64,000 nt of DNA, taken from the NCBI GenBank assembly GCA_965372795.1, contig CBDVDR010000013.1, positions 37,145 to 101,144 on the forward strand. Direction: 5' to 3'. The stretch comes from an uncultured bacterium (GTDB lineage: Bacteria; Zixibacteria; MSB-5A5; GN15; FEB-12). Below the pieces are notes generated by a model. That model was given only the letters and a program-made list of their open reading frames with translations. It had not been told where the DNA came from and made no database searches. Every line of letters starts with the position of its first letter. Positions within the stretch are counted from its first letter, which is position 1. This document shows, in pieces, positions 48,638 through 59,782 of this stretch. The position numbers and the translations under genes were made by a program.

Positions 48638-50077
48638 GTGGAGAGTAACACAATAGTCGCTGTTTCGTTTATTGCATATAGTTTAATAGTTATTCTTATT
48701 GGACTTTATACTACCCGTTTTAGAAAAAAAACCGGTGAAGATTTTGTTTTAGCCAACCGTGAACTTGGTCCCTGGGCAGCATCATTGTCTGCCTCGGCGA
48801 GTGCTGAATCCGGCTGGGTGATGCTTGGTCTGGTCGGGATGGCTTTCACATCCGGCTTGTCAGCCCTTTGGATCGCCCCCGGCATCGGACTCGGCTATCT
48901 TTTTAACTGGTTCGTTTTAGCCGAAAGATTACGCAAGGAATCATTGTCTTTAAATGCTGTAACGCTGCCTCAATTCATTTCTAAAAAATTTGATGTCAAC
49001 TCGAAAGCCCTCCGTATTATTCCGGTTATAATTATTTCTCTGGCGATGCTTGGATATGTTGCCGCCCAAATGAATGCCGCCGGCAAAGCCTTTGAAGCAA
49101 CATTTTCCATCCCATATATCTGGGGAGTTTTTGCCGGAGCAGCAATAATTTTAGCCTATACCGTCACCGGAGGCTTTAGAGCGATTTGCTGGACCGATAT
49201 TGTTCAGGCATCATTTATGTTGATTGCTTTAATAGGCATGCCTTTAATCGTAATGTTTGATCAGGGCGGTTACTCGGCAATTGTTACCAAACTAAGCTCA
49301 ACGAATCCGGAGTTACTAACTTTGAGCGGAACCAACACCGGGTTTGGATTTGTCGGATTTATAGTAGGGATGATGGGGATCGGTTTAGGGTACCCGGGTC
49401 AGCCGCATGTACTCGCGCGATTTATGGCATCAAAAGATAAAGACACCATTAGCAAGGGCGGCGTAATTGCTTTTGTATGGTTTTTCTTTGTTTACATCGG
49501 TGCCACCTTTTTCGGTCTGTTTGCCCGGGCATATTTTGGAACCCTTGCCGATCCGGAACAGGCTCTCCCGCTGGCTTGCAATGAATTTCTCCCGCCGGTT
49601 CTGGCTGGATTTGTAATCGCTGCAATTGTTTCAGCAATCTGTTCAACTGCTGATTCGCAATTGATCGTTGTATCGTCAACAGTTTCCCGCGATATAATTC
49701 CACTTTTTAAAAAAGATAAAATTCTTGAAAACAACTTTGCTAAAGTTCAACTGACTGATAGATGGGTACTGATTGTGCTTGCTTTACTTTCGGTTATTTT
49801 CGCGCTATCGGAAAACCGCGTCATTTTTGAATTTGTCCTTTATGCCTGGTCGGCGCTTGGTGCCTCGTTTGGACCTTTGATGATTTTAGCGTTACTGTGG
49901 AAGAAGACTACTAAAGAGGGTGCGATTGCCGGGATGTTAACCGGATCAATTGTGACTGTAGTCTGGAAAAATATAACTTTTTTGAAAGATATTGTATATG
50001 AACTTGTTCCGGCATTTATTCTGGCATTTATTGCGGTTTGGATTGTGAGTTTGTTAACATACAAAAAGGAAAATTAA
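48638..50077 (+). CDS. putP: Sodium/proline symporter (SSS family)
   Basis: SASASAESGW, GGFRAICWTD, GYPGQPHVLARFMA, STADSQL. Confidence 0.85.
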   Translation: MESNTIVAVSFIAYSLIVILIGLYTTRFRKKTGEDFVLANRELGPWAASLSASASAESGWVMLGLVGMAFTSGLSALWIAPGIGLGYLFNWFVLAERLRKESLSLNAVTLPQFISKKFDVNSKALRIIPVIIISLAMLGYVAAQMNAAGKAFEATFSIPYIWGVFAGAAIILAYTVTGGFRAICWTDIVQASFMLIALIGMPLIVMFDQGGYSAIVTKLSSTNPELLTLSGTNTGFGFVGFIVGMMGIGLGYPGQPHVLARFMASKDKDTISKGGVIAFVWFFFVYIGATFFGLFARAYFGTLADPEQALPLACNEFLPPVLAGFVIAAIVSAICSTADSQLIVVSSTVSRDIIPLFKKDKILENNFAKVQLTDRWVLIVLALLSVIFALSENRVIFEFVLYAWSALGASFGPLMILALLWKKTTKEGAIAGMLTGSIVTVVWKNITFLKDIVYELVPAFILAFIAVWIVSLLTYKKEN

Positions 50078-50089
50078 CCGAAAATATTT

Positions 50090-52561
50090 TTGATGAAATC
50101 AAAATTTAAAATTTTTATCACTTCATTATTGATTGTAACTGTTTTTCTGGTAATCGGTCTGCTGATTACATTTTATTCAATCTTGAATATGTCACTTCCG
50201 GAAACATCCGGAGAAATTACCTTTGACAATTTAAAAGAAAATGTTGAGATAACTTACGATGCGATGGGTATCCCCCAAATCTGGGCAAAAACCGAGGCTG
50301 ATGGTTTTTTCTCACTTGGTTACCTCCATGCCTCGGATCGCTTATTCCAGATGGAACTTATCCGCCGCGCTTCCAATGGACGGCTCTCGGAACTACTTGG
50401 AGAGAGAACCTTGCCCTACGATCAGCGCCAGCGCTTGATGGGACATTCACGTATGGCAAATCTCGCTATAGAAAAACTCCTTGATAACGACCGTAAACGA
50501 CTTCAGGCGTATGTTGACGGTATCAACAGCTTTGCCTCCGAGTGCGACGCCTTCCCGATAGAATTTTATCTTTTACAAATCAGTTTCGAAGATTGGACGA
50601 TTCATGATTGTCTTACGATCCAGAGTTTCCAAACCTGGTTTTCAGATGCTTTGATGAATCGTGATCTCTTTTATATTAAAGCGATTGAAAAAGTTGGTCT
50701 TGAAAAAGCGAAAAAATTAGATCATAAATACCCCGACTGGGCACCGGCAACTATTGATAATAAAAAATACAGCTCAACTAATATTCCGTCAGATCATCAG
50801 ACAATTTCAGAATCATCTTTACCAACTCAATTATCAGAATCCGTATCTTCAAATTTCAAAGAGGCTATTGCCGATCAACTTTTTTCAAACAGTTCATCCC
50901 CCTTCTCGATGTCCACTTCCTCAAACGCCTGGGCGGTTGCACCTGACAAAAGTATTAGCGGCAAAGCCATGCTGGCATCCGATCCTCATCTTGACATCAG
51001 CCGACTACCGCAATTTTGGTACTATGCCGGACTTCACATTGAGGCAAGTCAAACTGATGTTGTCGGTATCACAACCGCCGGACTTCCATTTTTTGTAATG
51101 GGTCATAACGGAAAAATCGCCTATGCGTTTACCGCTGGCGGAGTTGACATAACTGATTATTATTTGGAAACAATTAATCCTGAAGACTCAAACCAGTATG
51201 CCACTGAAAACGGCTGGCAAAATTTCACCAAACTTACCGATAGCATCTTTATTGCCGGTGAAGCTAAACCGTTTTATTTTGACATGAATTTCACCCGTCA
51301 CGGTCCGATAATTTCTGAACTAGATACTCTTGAAGAAACATATTCTGTTCGCTGGGCAGGTTTTGATGTTGATCTGGAACGATCAGTTTCAGCAGGATTT
51401 GATTTGCATAATGCTTACGGGTTCGAATCCTTTCGTGAGTTGGTTACCAATTTTGGAGCTTTGAATGCAAACTGGATTTATGCTGACTCCGCAGATAATA
51501 TCGGCTACCAGTTAGGCACTCCAATTCCCATTCGTCAAAATGTTTCCGGTAAATTCCCTTTGAACGGATCAAAAGGAAAACAGGAATGGCTCGGTTTTTA
51601 TCCGCTTGATATGACCCCCCATAAAATGAACCCTAAAAAAAACTGGCTAGGAAACTGTAACAATCTCTCACAAAGAGATGGCATCCCCTACTATGTTTAT
51701 GGTGATTATTTCTCCGACAGAATTTTAAGACTGAACGAACTGATGAATAATGATGATAAACTGTCGGTCGAAAATTTTCAATCGTTCCAGATGGATCTCA
51801 CCGACAATTATCTCTTGCGATGGCGTGATGAAGTTGTAGAGCTGTTTAACAAAATCGGTGACAAAGCTCATGCCCAACGACTAAGTGACTGGGATGGCAA
51901 TACAAGCAAACAATCACGCGAAACATTATTCATGATTACATTTTTAGGACAACTGAACAAACTTATTTTTGAAGATGACCTTGGTGATCTTTCTTCTAAA
52001 GTCAGAAAAATATGGATGGATCAATGGTATCATAGCGATGACACTACTTTTGTTGATATAAATTCTACAATGGATATTCTTGAGTCAAAAAAAACAATCG
52101 CCTTAATGGCACTTCAGAAATCATTAGAAATCCTTGATCCCCATAAAACCATGACAACCAATCCAAAAGATTACAGCCATCTTAATTGGGGCGCATGGCA
52201 TTCCTTGACAATTCAACACCCGCTTGCTTCGGTTCCGATTATCAACAGTCTGCTTGATTTAAAATTCGGACCATGGCCATGGCAGGGTACCTCGGGATCT
52301 CTCAACGCATCCTTTTTTATTGAAGCCGACAGCAATAAATATACTTCGTTTGTCGGACCAAGCTACCGTTTTGTAATTGATTTTGCTGATGTCAATCAGG
52401 CGACAATAGTTCTGCCGGCAGGAAATTCAGGCAACCCCTATAGTGAACATTTTTTTGATTTTAATGAGATGTGGCAAAACGGTGAACGCTGGAATGTTCC
52501 GATTAAATATAATTTGGTAAAAGAAAAATCGGTCAGCAGTCTGTTTTTATTGGCGCGATAG
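50090..52561 (+). CDS. Penicillin acylase family Ntn-hydrolase (S45)
   Basis: GIPQIWA, DRLFQMEL, SNAWAV nucleophile, ASDPHL, GNSGNP. Confidence 0.92.
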   Translation: MMKSKFKIFITSLLIVTVFLVIGLLITFYSILNMSLPETSGEITFDNLKENVEITYDAMGIPQIWAKTEADGFFSLGYLHASDRLFQMELIRRASNGRLSELLGERTLPYDQRQRLMGHSRMANLAIEKLLDNDRKRLQAYVDGINSFASECDAFPIEFYLLQISFEDWTIHDCLTIQSFQTWFSDALMNRDLFYIKAIEKVGLEKAKKLDHKYPDWAPATIDNKKYSSTNIPSDHQTISESSLPTQLSESVSSNFKEAIADQLFSNSSSPFSMSTSSNAWAVAPDKSISGKAMLASDPHLDISRLPQFWYYAGLHIEASQTDVVGITTAGLPFFVMGHNGKIAYAFTAGGVDITDYYLETINPEDSNQYATENGWQNFTKLTDSIFIAGEAKPFYFDMNFTRHGPIISELDTLEETYSVRWAGFDVDLERSVSAGFDLHNAYGFESFRELVTNFGALNANWIYADSADNIGYQLGTPIPIRQNVSGKFPLNGSKGKQEWLGFYPLDMTPHKMNPKKNWLGNCNNLSQRDGIPYYVYGDYFSDRILRLNELMNNDDKLSVENFQSFQMDLTDNYLLRWRDEVVELFNKIGDKAHAQRLSDWDGNTSKQSRETLFMITFLGQLNKLIFEDDLGDLSSKVRKIWMDQWYHSDDTTFVDINSTMDILESKKTIALMALQKSLEILDPHKTMTTNPKDYSHLNWGAWHSLTIQHPLASVPIINSLLDLKFGPWPWQGTSGSLNASFFIEADSNKYTSFVGPSYRFVIDFADVNQATIVLPAGNSGNPYSEHFFDFNEMWQNGERWNVPIKYNLVKEKSVSSLFLLAR

Positions 52562-52565
52562 ATTG

Positions 52566-53276
52566 CTAGAGATAAATTGATTTTATTTTTTCAATATCAA
52601 GGTTTGCTTTGCGGTAATCTTCAAGCCGACCGACATCAAGCCAGTATCCTTTATAGGGAAAAGAATGAACCGTAACTTTTTCTTTAAGCAAAGCATACAT
52701 CAAATCATCAAACCCGAATTTTATATTATCCGGAACGTAGCTGAGAACTTTCTTTGAAAAAACATAAACTCCCATTGAAACCGAATAACTCTGCACCGGC
52801 TTTTCTTTGAACCCTATAATCCGATTATCATCGTTAAACTCTACCACGCCGTAATCAACCGCATTTTCACGGATACATGTTGCCACGGTTAAAAGAGCTT
52901 TGCTGTTTATATGAGCATCATATAATTTTTTAAAATCCAGATCAGTTATCAGATCGCCATTTACTACCAGGAAATGATCAGGAAGATTTTCAATCAATAT
53001 TAATGGAGCCACGGTTGATAATTCTTTTTCCTCCGAAGAATATTGAATCGTTACGTCAAAACAACTGCCATCGCCAAGAAATGATTTTATCTGATCAGCC
53101 AGATGATTAACGGCTAAATGTAAATTTGTAATGTTATGCTTTTTCAATGTTCGGATTAATATTTCCAATATCGAAATTTCACCAATCGGCACCAACGGTT
53201 TGGGAATATCTTTGGTAAATGGCTGCAGTCGACTCCCTTTGCCGCCGGCCAGTATTACACATTCAATCTTAGACAT
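52566..53276 (-). CDS. Sugar-phosphate nucleotidyltransferase
   Basis: LAGGKGSRLQPFT..IPKPL, NGD, WLDVGR. Confidence 0.88.
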   Translation of the reverse strand: MSKIECVILAGGKGSRLQPFTKDIPKPLVPIGEISILEILIRTLKKHNITNLHLAVNHLADQIKSFLGDGSCFDVTIQYSSEEKELSTVAPLILIENLPDHFLVVNGDLITDLDFKKLYDAHINSKALLTVATCIRENAVDYGVVEFNDDNRIIGFKEKPVQSYSVSMGVYVFSKKVLSYVPDNIKFGFDDLMYALLKEKVTVHSFPYKGYWLDVGRLEDYRKANLDIEKIKSIYL

Positions 53277-53290
53277 TGATCATATTTCCA

Positions 53291-54280
53291 TTACACATTA
53301 CAATATAAAGACGAATCAGCGTTTTCAATCGCACCTGATTCTATTGCTTTTATAAGTTCATCAATTCCCTGTGGAACTGTTTTCGATATTTCAAACCCCA
53401 ACCTTGAATTTATCTTTTCGAAAGAGACCCGATAATTTCTGGGATCATTATTACGCTTAACAAATTCCACCAGATGTTTTCTATCAGGAAGCTGTTTCAA
53501 AATCTCTTCAACAATCATCTGCTTTTGATAGTTTTCATTACTGTCACCCACATTAAAAGCCTGATGACAGACAGCATCCTTTTCAGCCGTCACAGCAAGC
53601 AGACAAGCCTTAGCCAGATCAACAGTATGACAATATGGGCGCCAGAATTGTTCGCCATAAATCTCAAGTTTACGATTCATTAACAGTTCTCGAGTAAACT
53701 CGTTAACGGTTAAATCAAATCTTGGTCGAAATGACAAACCATAGGCTGTTGAAAAACGAAGTACGACAGGCTCAAAATTTTCTTCCCGAATATTAAACAG
53801 GTGATTTTCAAATCCAACTTTTGTCTCAGCATAAATCGAGATTGGATTTAACTCTGCGGTTTCATCAACCAGCTTCGCAGTATCGGTCATCACTCCATAA
53901 TTACTACAGGTGGAAACAAAAACAAATCTGTTTACACCATTTTGCAAGGCATACTCACAAAGAAGTTCGGACCCAATTTTATTAACTTCAACAGTTAATT
54001 TAGGATCTTTATTACAAGATGGCTCCCCGACAATTGCAGCCAGATGAACAACAGCCTCAACATCCTTGAAGGCTTTGTCCAAATCATTGCGGTTGCGAAT
54101 GTCACCTGATACAAAATGAAATCTATCGTTATTTTTAAATGATCGCAGCCCATTGTCGCCATGTAATAAACTATCAATTACCGTAACAGTTAAGTTTTGT
54201 TTAAGCAACAAATCGACCAGAACTGTCCCGATATATCCTGCCCCGCCGGTGATTAGTATATGTTTTGGTTGTGACATCAA
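53291..54280 (-). CDS. NAD-dependent epimerase/dehydratase
   Basis: TGGAGYIG, YAETK. Confidence 0.9.
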   Translation of the reverse strand: MMSQPKHILITGGAGYIGTVLVDLLLKQNLTVTVIDSLLHGDNGLRSFKNNDRFHFVSGDIRNRNDLDKAFKDVEAVVHLAAIVGEPSCNKDPKLTVEVNKIGSELLCEYALQNGVNRFVFVSTCSNYGVMTDTAKLVDETAELNPISIYAETKVGFENHLFNIREENFEPVVLRFSTAYGLSFRPRFDLTVNEFTRELLMNRKLEIYGEQFWRPYCHTVDLAKACLLAVTAEKDAVCHQAFNVGDSNENYQKQMIVEEILKQLPDRKHLVEFVKRNNDPRNYRVSFEKINSRLGFEISKTVPQGIDELIKAIESGAIENADSSLYCNV

Positions 54281-54362
54281 TCCAATAATGCTTTCTGAGA
54301 AGTTTATAAAATAATTACATGCAAAATTAAACCCTCACCATCCTGTGCTGAGGGTTTAATAT

Positions 54363-56558
54363 TTAGATTTTGTTTATTATCTCATTTGCGATTTTCAATT
54401 TCTCGCCTCGGAGACCATTTTTTATTGCTCTTTGAAGTTGTTCTTTCGCCTCAGGAAATCCTTTTTTATAGAGGCTCATCCCGATCCAATAAAATGGCTG
54501 AGGCATATCTCTGTATTTTCTACTTTGCTTTAATCCTTCACCCCGACAGAGATCAAAACGCTCAAATACAAAATATACTTCACAAAGATTAGTCCACACA
54601 TCAAAATCATTGTTGGATAAAGCAACTGCAGTTCGAGCATGATTTGCAGCTCTATTCAAGTCAATCTGTTCTTCTGTCATAATCTTTGAGATATAAAAAT
54701 TAGCATAAACATTTTGCATGTCCCGTTTGAGTAAATCAGTTAGAAGCGTAAGTGCTTCTTCGGTTTTACCCTGAGTCTTCAAGGCATAAGCATATCTTGG
54801 AATAACATTTTTATTTTGCGGCTCGGCTTTGTAAGCTGCGCTTGAGACTTCAAAACATTTATCAAATATTTTTTCTGAAGCATAAAAATCTGCTGCCATT
54901 ATCATTGCGCTTATATTTTCAGGATTAAGTGAAACCATTAGACTGTATAGCTCATTCAATTCATCCAGTCTGTTTTGCTTGTTTAACGACGAAAGAACAG
55001 CATCAAACAAAGTCAGATTACTTTTTAAAGGTAGAATGTTATCTTTGAAATTTTTAACACCCTCACTGACACTACCGGCTTCAACCTGGCAAATTGCTTT
55101 TAACAAGGCTAAATCTTTGTATCTCTTTTCAAAATATGGAAATTTATTGAATTGCTCAAAGATGTCATCATACCATTTAGCTTGATGATACATCTCTATC
55201 AAATTTGTAAATGCAGGTTTATTCCATTCATCAAGTTCAAGAACTTCATAATAGATTTTTTTAGCTTTATCATATTGGCGAACAACCTGATGACCGTAAA
55301 TATCAGCCAAACCGGTTAACCAGTCTGTTTGATGTGAGTATTGGCCATGTACTTTTTCAAGTAAGTTTGTGCCTTCTTCAATTTGATTCGAATTAAAATA
55401 TAAAAAGATTTCTCTTAGTTTTGTTCTTTTTATTGATTTATAAAAAGGAGGTAAATAATCAAATTCCAATAAAGATCTGACCGGATCCTCAAGCTCTGAA
55501 TAGATCATCACAAAAACATAATTTATAAAAGCCTTGAATTCCTCTGGATAATTGTCTCGAGATAATAGAGAAAGAGTATACTTTAATGCATCCCTTACTG
55601 AAGTTTCATCATTAAGTTTTGCCCTTGAATAAGCATCATAATATGTTTTTGAGAAATCGCCTGCCCCTGATAATCTAACTTTGTCAGAAGCAATTCTCGC
55701 ATATTGTAATAATCCATTGCTAACATAGTAATGAACTTCAAAAATGCTTGTGACTAAATCACCGGCTCCGCCATCTTTTAAAGAACGGATCGTTAATCTT
55801 GCTTCTTCATGATAATTCACCCGAAGTGAACGGAAAAAATGATCCTTAATGTAATCGAATTTATTCCCTGATTCATTTATTGATAAACTGCTATAAAACA
55901 TTGATGAATCAATTAAACCAATTAATTCAAAATAATCGGCTAAACTGCTGAAGTATTCAGGAGTGTTGTCGGCTTTTGTCAAGCCCTGATCAATTTCAAT
56001 CTGGGCAGAATCAAATTTATTAAGTTGATGAAAAGCTATCGCCGTTAGAATATGTTTTTCTCCGGGATAATCATTTAAACTTTTATTATTAACTATTTTT
56101 GATAATGCTTCTTTACCCCGGTTAGCATCCAATAGAATTTTTGACTGAATTCTTATACGATCAATTGATTCTGGTACAGCCTGAACAAAATTAAAGGCAG
56201 CTTGAGAGGCCATCAGATCCAAATCAAAAAATTTCATCATCCGGTATATTCCAAGATGAGCTAATGCAAAAGTAGTATCCTTCTCAGCCAATAATTTATA
56301 TAGATACAATGCCTCAATATATTGCATCTTCTTTTCATTAGTCAAAGCTTCGCCATAAAGGCTCAAAGGAGATCCGGGATTAGCATCTTCAATTTTTAAA
56401 AAGGTATTAATGGCAGCATCATATTTATATTCGTCAAGCTGGGCGATACCTTTTTCGAAAAGATCTTCAGATTGCTTTTGGGGTGAGCTGGTGCATCCCA
56501 CAAAAATTGAAATAATTAAGCCTAATGCTAATAATCCCGAATAGCGTAAGTTTTTCAT
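54363..56558 (-). CDS. TPR-repeat lipoprotein
   Basis: FVGC lipobox, helical TPR-like repeats throughout. Confidence 0.7.
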   Translation of the reverse strand: MKNLRYSGLLALGLIISIFVGCTSSPQKQSEDLFEKGIAQLDEYKYDAAINTFLKIEDANPGSPLSLYGEALTNEKKMQYIEALYLYKLLAEKDTTFALAHLGIYRMMKFFDLDLMASQAAFNFVQAVPESIDRIRIQSKILLDANRGKEALSKIVNNKSLNDYPGEKHILTAIAFHQLNKFDSAQIEIDQGLTKADNTPEYFSSLADYFELIGLIDSSMFYSSLSINESGNKFDYIKDHFFRSLRVNYHEEARLTIRSLKDGGAGDLVTSIFEVHYYVSNGLLQYARIASDKVRLSGAGDFSKTYYDAYSRAKLNDETSVRDALKYTLSLLSRDNYPEEFKAFINYVFVMIYSELEDPVRSLLEFDYLPPFYKSIKRTKLREIFLYFNSNQIEEGTNLLEKVHGQYSHQTDWLTGLADIYGHQVVRQYDKAKKIYYEVLELDEWNKPAFTNLIEMYHQAKWYDDIFEQFNKFPYFEKRYKDLALLKAICQVEAGSVSEGVKNFKDNILPLKSNLTLFDAVLSSLNKQNRLDELNELYSLMVSLNPENISAMIMAADFYASEKIFDKCFEVSSAAYKAEPQNKNVIPRYAYALKTQGKTEEALTLLTDLLKRDMQNVYANFYISKIMTEEQIDLNRAANHARTAVALSNNDFDVWTNLCEVYFVFERFDLCRGEGLKQSRKYRDMPQPFYWIGMSLYKKGFPEAKEQLQRAIKNGLRGEKLKIANEIINKI

Positions 56559-56724
56559 ATATTCCTTTGATTAATTTTATATTTATAGTCGGTTTCCTCT
56601 CATAAGTTCTTAGAATTTATCTAAATTTAACTATTATCAAAGTTAAATCTCATTTTCTACAGCAAATAATAAACCAGATTAAATTATTTTTGTAAAAAGT
56701 ATTAAAAAAGATTATATTATAACT

Positions 56725-57450
56725 ATGTTAGAACTATCAGCAAAATCTCTAAAGAAATTTTACGGCAAAAGACCGGTTGTAAATGGTGTCTCACTTAATG
56801 TTAACCAGGGTGAGGTAGTCGGACTTCTCGGACCCAATGGAGCCGGCAAAACTACGACTTTTTATATGATAATTGGTTTTATAAGACCCGATGGAGGTAC
56901 TATTTCGTTGGGAGACACCAACATAGGCAACAAACCGATGTATAAGCGGGCAAACCTCGGAATTGGATATCTGGCTCAGGAAGCTTCAGTTTTCAGGAAA
57001 CTAACTGTCGAAGAAAATATTATGTCGATTCTTGAATTTCAGAAACTTAGCCGAAAAGAACGGAACCTGAGGCTTGAAGAACTACTTAACGAATTGGATA
57101 TCAGCAGTTTACGGAAGAATAAAGCTTATACCCTCTCTGGCGGTGAAAGAAGAAGAGTTGAGATTACAAGAGCTTTGGTAAATAATCCTAAATTTATTCT
57201 TCTGGATGAACCATTTGCAGGAATAGACCCTATTGCGGTTGAAGATATTCAAAATATCATCCAACGGTTAGTTTCTAAGGGATTAGGGGTCTTAATTACG
57301 GATCATAATGTCCGAGAAACTTTATCTATATGTAATCGTGCGTATATAATGTGTGATGGAAAAATCTTAAATTCAGGAACCGCTGAATTTCTTGCAAATG
57401 ACCCGGAAGCTCGAAAAGTATATTTAGGTGAGAAATTCAAGCTAAATTAA
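56725..57450 (+). CDS. lptB: LPS export ABC ATPase
   Basis: [42 protein letters not shown]. Confidence 0.96.
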   Translation: MLELSAKSLKKFYGKRPVVNGVSLNVNQGEVVGLLGPNGAGKTTTFYMIIGFIRPDGGTISLGDTNIGNKPMYKRANLGIGYLAQEASVFRKLTVEENIMSILEFQKLSRKERNLRLEELLNELDISSLRKNKAYTLSGGERRRVEITRALVNNPKFILLDEPFAGIDPIAVEDIQNIIQRLVSKGLGVLITDHNVRETLSICNRAYIMCDGKILNSGTAEFLANDPEARKVYLGEKFKLN

Positions 57451-57594
57451 AGAATTTGAAAATTAATTAAACGAGGATTGTTGAATAGTTGAACGATATT
57501 GACCGGACTTATAAATTGGCGGCCGAACTATTCCGATAGAGTCATCATAACGAATTAACTGCAACAGGATTTGCATAAAACGGGATAAGTTGAA

Positions 57595-58986
57595 ATGAAG
57601 TTAGGTTTAGGATTAAATTTAGGGTTAAGACAGTCTTTAGCACCCCAGCTAATTCAGTCTCTGAAAATGCTTCAAATGCCAATTTTGAAGCTTGAGCAGA
57701 CGATTAGACATGAACTTGCTATTAATCCAATGCTCGAAGAAGTGGAAGAACTTGAACCGGATGCAGAATCAACAGATGATACTGAAACTGAAGATTCTAC
57801 TGAAGATGCGATTGATTGGGAAGAGTACCTCTTTGATGATGAAGAAGGATATAAAGTTTATGAAGCTCGTGAATCGGCTGAAGAAATTTTCGAGGGTACT
57901 GCCTCAGCTCCAATAAATCTGTATTCTCATTTAACCGAACAGCTATCACTTCTAAAACTTTCTGAAATTGAACATCAAATCGGCGAATACATTATTGGGA
58001 ACATTGCCCCGGATGGCTACCTGACAATTAGTGTCAATGAAATGGCATCCGAACTCGATATTGATGCGGAAATTATCGAATTAGTGTTAAAACATATTCT
58101 CACCTTCGACCCCATTGGCGTAGGTGCCCGGGATCTGAGAGAATCACTGATGCTGCAACTTGAAGATAAAGGGATGAAAAACTCTCTTGCTTATCGTATT
58201 GTCGATGAACATATTCATGAATTGGACAGAAAATCAATTTTACAAATTGCAAAATTAATGAGTGTCCCGGCTGAAAAAGCTCAAGCAGCCATGAATATTG
58301 TTAAAAACCTCTCGCCTACTCCTGCTCAGGGAAGATTCGACGCCGCCGCTATGCCGGTTGTGCCGGATTTAATGATCGAACGAGTCGGAGATGAATTCAT
58401 TGTCTTCCATAATGACAACCATGCCCCTCGCCTTAGAATTAACAGCAACTACCGGGCTTTGGTAAAAAGAGGCAATACCTCATCAAACGATACCAAAAAA
58501 TATATTAAGCAAAAACTCGAACAGGCTCGCTGGCTTCTTAACTCAATCAACCAAAGACGCACAACTATGATTCGTGTCATGGAATCGATAATTATCAGAC
58601 AAGACGAATTTTTTGAGAATGGTCCGGAATTTATTAAACCGCTGATTATGGAAGAAATTGCACGGGATGTTGATATGAATGTAGCCACAATCAGTCGGGT
58701 ATCAAATAGTAAATATGTACAAACTCCTTTTGGGGTTTATGAAATTAAATTTTTCTTCAATTCCGGCATTTCCATGGAAGATGGCGAGGACATGTCAAAA
58801 CGTTCGGTTAAACAGCGAATTCAGGAAATTATCAACGCTGAACCGCTTGAAAAACCGCATTCTGACCAGGAAATTTTCAGGAGATTAAACGAAGAAGGCA
58901 TTAAGCTGGCGCGACGGACTGTGACAAAATACAGAGAAGAAATGAAAATTCGTCCGGCTCGCTTAAGAAAAAGAGTAACGGGATAG
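57595..58986 (+). CDS. rpoN: RNA polymerase sigma-54 factor
   Basis: Gln/Leu-rich region I, ATISR HTH, ARRTVTKYR RpoN box. Confidence 0.97.
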   Translation: MKLGLGLNLGLRQSLAPQLIQSLKMLQMPILKLEQTIRHELAINPMLEEVEELEPDAESTDDTETEDSTEDAIDWEEYLFDDEEGYKVYEARESAEEIFEGTASAPINLYSHLTEQLSLLKLSEIEHQIGEYIIGNIAPDGYLTISVNEMASELDIDAEIIELVLKHILTFDPIGVGARDLRESLMLQLEDKGMKNSLAYRIVDEHIHELDRKSILQIAKLMSVPAEKAQAAMNIVKNLSPTPAQGRFDAAAMPVVPDLMIERVGDEFIVFHNDNHAPRLRINSNYRALVKRGNTSSNDTKKYIKQKLEQARWLLNSINQRRTTMIRVMESIIIRQDEFFENGPEFIKPLIMEEIARDVDMNVATISRVSNSKYVQTPFGVYEIKFFFNSGISMEDGEDMSKRSVKQRIQEIINAEPLEKPHSDQEIFRRLNEEGIKLARRTVTKYREEMKIRPARLRKRVTG

Positions 58987-59225
58987 TTAAAACTGTTTTT
59001 TTGAAATTGAACCTCATATATTTTAATATGTTACGGAATTTAAGTTTAATGGAAATTGATATTTATTCAAGGGCTGAATAAATTTGAAAATATTTTTAAC
59101 AAAAAATACATTTTTTTTCGAATATTCCCAACACTTTTATCGTATAAAATATATAGGACACGTTAATATTTGTACTGTTAAGCAAAACATGAAAAGAGAT
59201 TACTTATTAGCTGCATAAAATATCT

Positions 59226-59304
59226 GGTTGCTGTCACACGCCCGAAAGGGGCAGATAAATCTGCTCGATGGTATGACCGCCAAAATGGGTTTGCGACAGC
59301 AATC
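59226..59304 (+). ncRNA. Candidate structured RNA in hpf leader
   Basis: Closing stem GGTTGCTGTC/GACAGCAATC enclosing CCC-GAAA-GGG and GCAGA-TAAA-TCTGC hairpins. GC-rich within AT-rich spacer. Confidence 0.5.
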
Positions 59305-59368
59305 GTTTTATTTTAATGAAGCTTTGAAAGTGAACAACATATGTTAAGCATGGAAAGGAGATAAACCC

Positions 59369-59728
59369 ATGCAAAAAAATATTACAGCTCGTCATTTTGA
59401 TTTAACACCAGAGATGAAAGAAAGATGCGATGCTGAAATTGAAGGACTCACTAGATATTTTGAAAACATCATCTCTGCCGACCTTGTTCTCGATACTGAA
59501 AGACATTTGAGGATTGCTGACCTCAAAGTGAAAGTATACAATACAACTCTCTCCGGCAAAGGTGACACCGACGATATGTATAACTCTATATCTCAGGCTG
59601 TTGACAAAGTTAAAACCCAACTTCTAAAACACAAAGGGAAACTTAAAAACAAAAACCCCGAAGCTATCGCCGAAACTATCAGCACCCTAACGCACCCTTC
59701 CACCGATGTTGATGAAGTTGATATCTAA
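59369..59728 (+). CDS. hpf: Ribosome hibernation factor HPF/RaiA
   Basis: NITARHFDLT, DMYNSISQAVDKVKTQLLKHK. Follows rpoN. Confidence 0.9.
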   Translation: MQKNITARHFDLTPEMKERCDAEIEGLTRYFENIISADLVLDTERHLRIADLKVKVYNTTLSGKGDTDDMYNSISQAVDKVKTQLLKHKGKLKNKNPEAIAETISTLTHPSTDVDEVDI

Positions 59729-59752
59729 AACATAGATAAAATTGATAAAAAT

Positions 59753-59782
59753 AAAAAACCCGCTTCAAAAGCGGGTTTTTTT
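59753..59782. terminator. Bidirectional intrinsic terminator
   Basis: AAAAAACCCGCTT-caa-AAGCGGGTTTTTTT. Confidence 0.88.

Noticed and set aside
57560..57576. Sigma54 promoter upstream of rpoN (TGCAAC-AGGAT-TTGCA)
   Set aside because: The invariant -24 GG is missing.
59226..59304. 6S RNA or canonical raiA-motif RNA
   Set aside because: Too short and lacks their recognisable sequence and structure; kept only as an unknown candidate.
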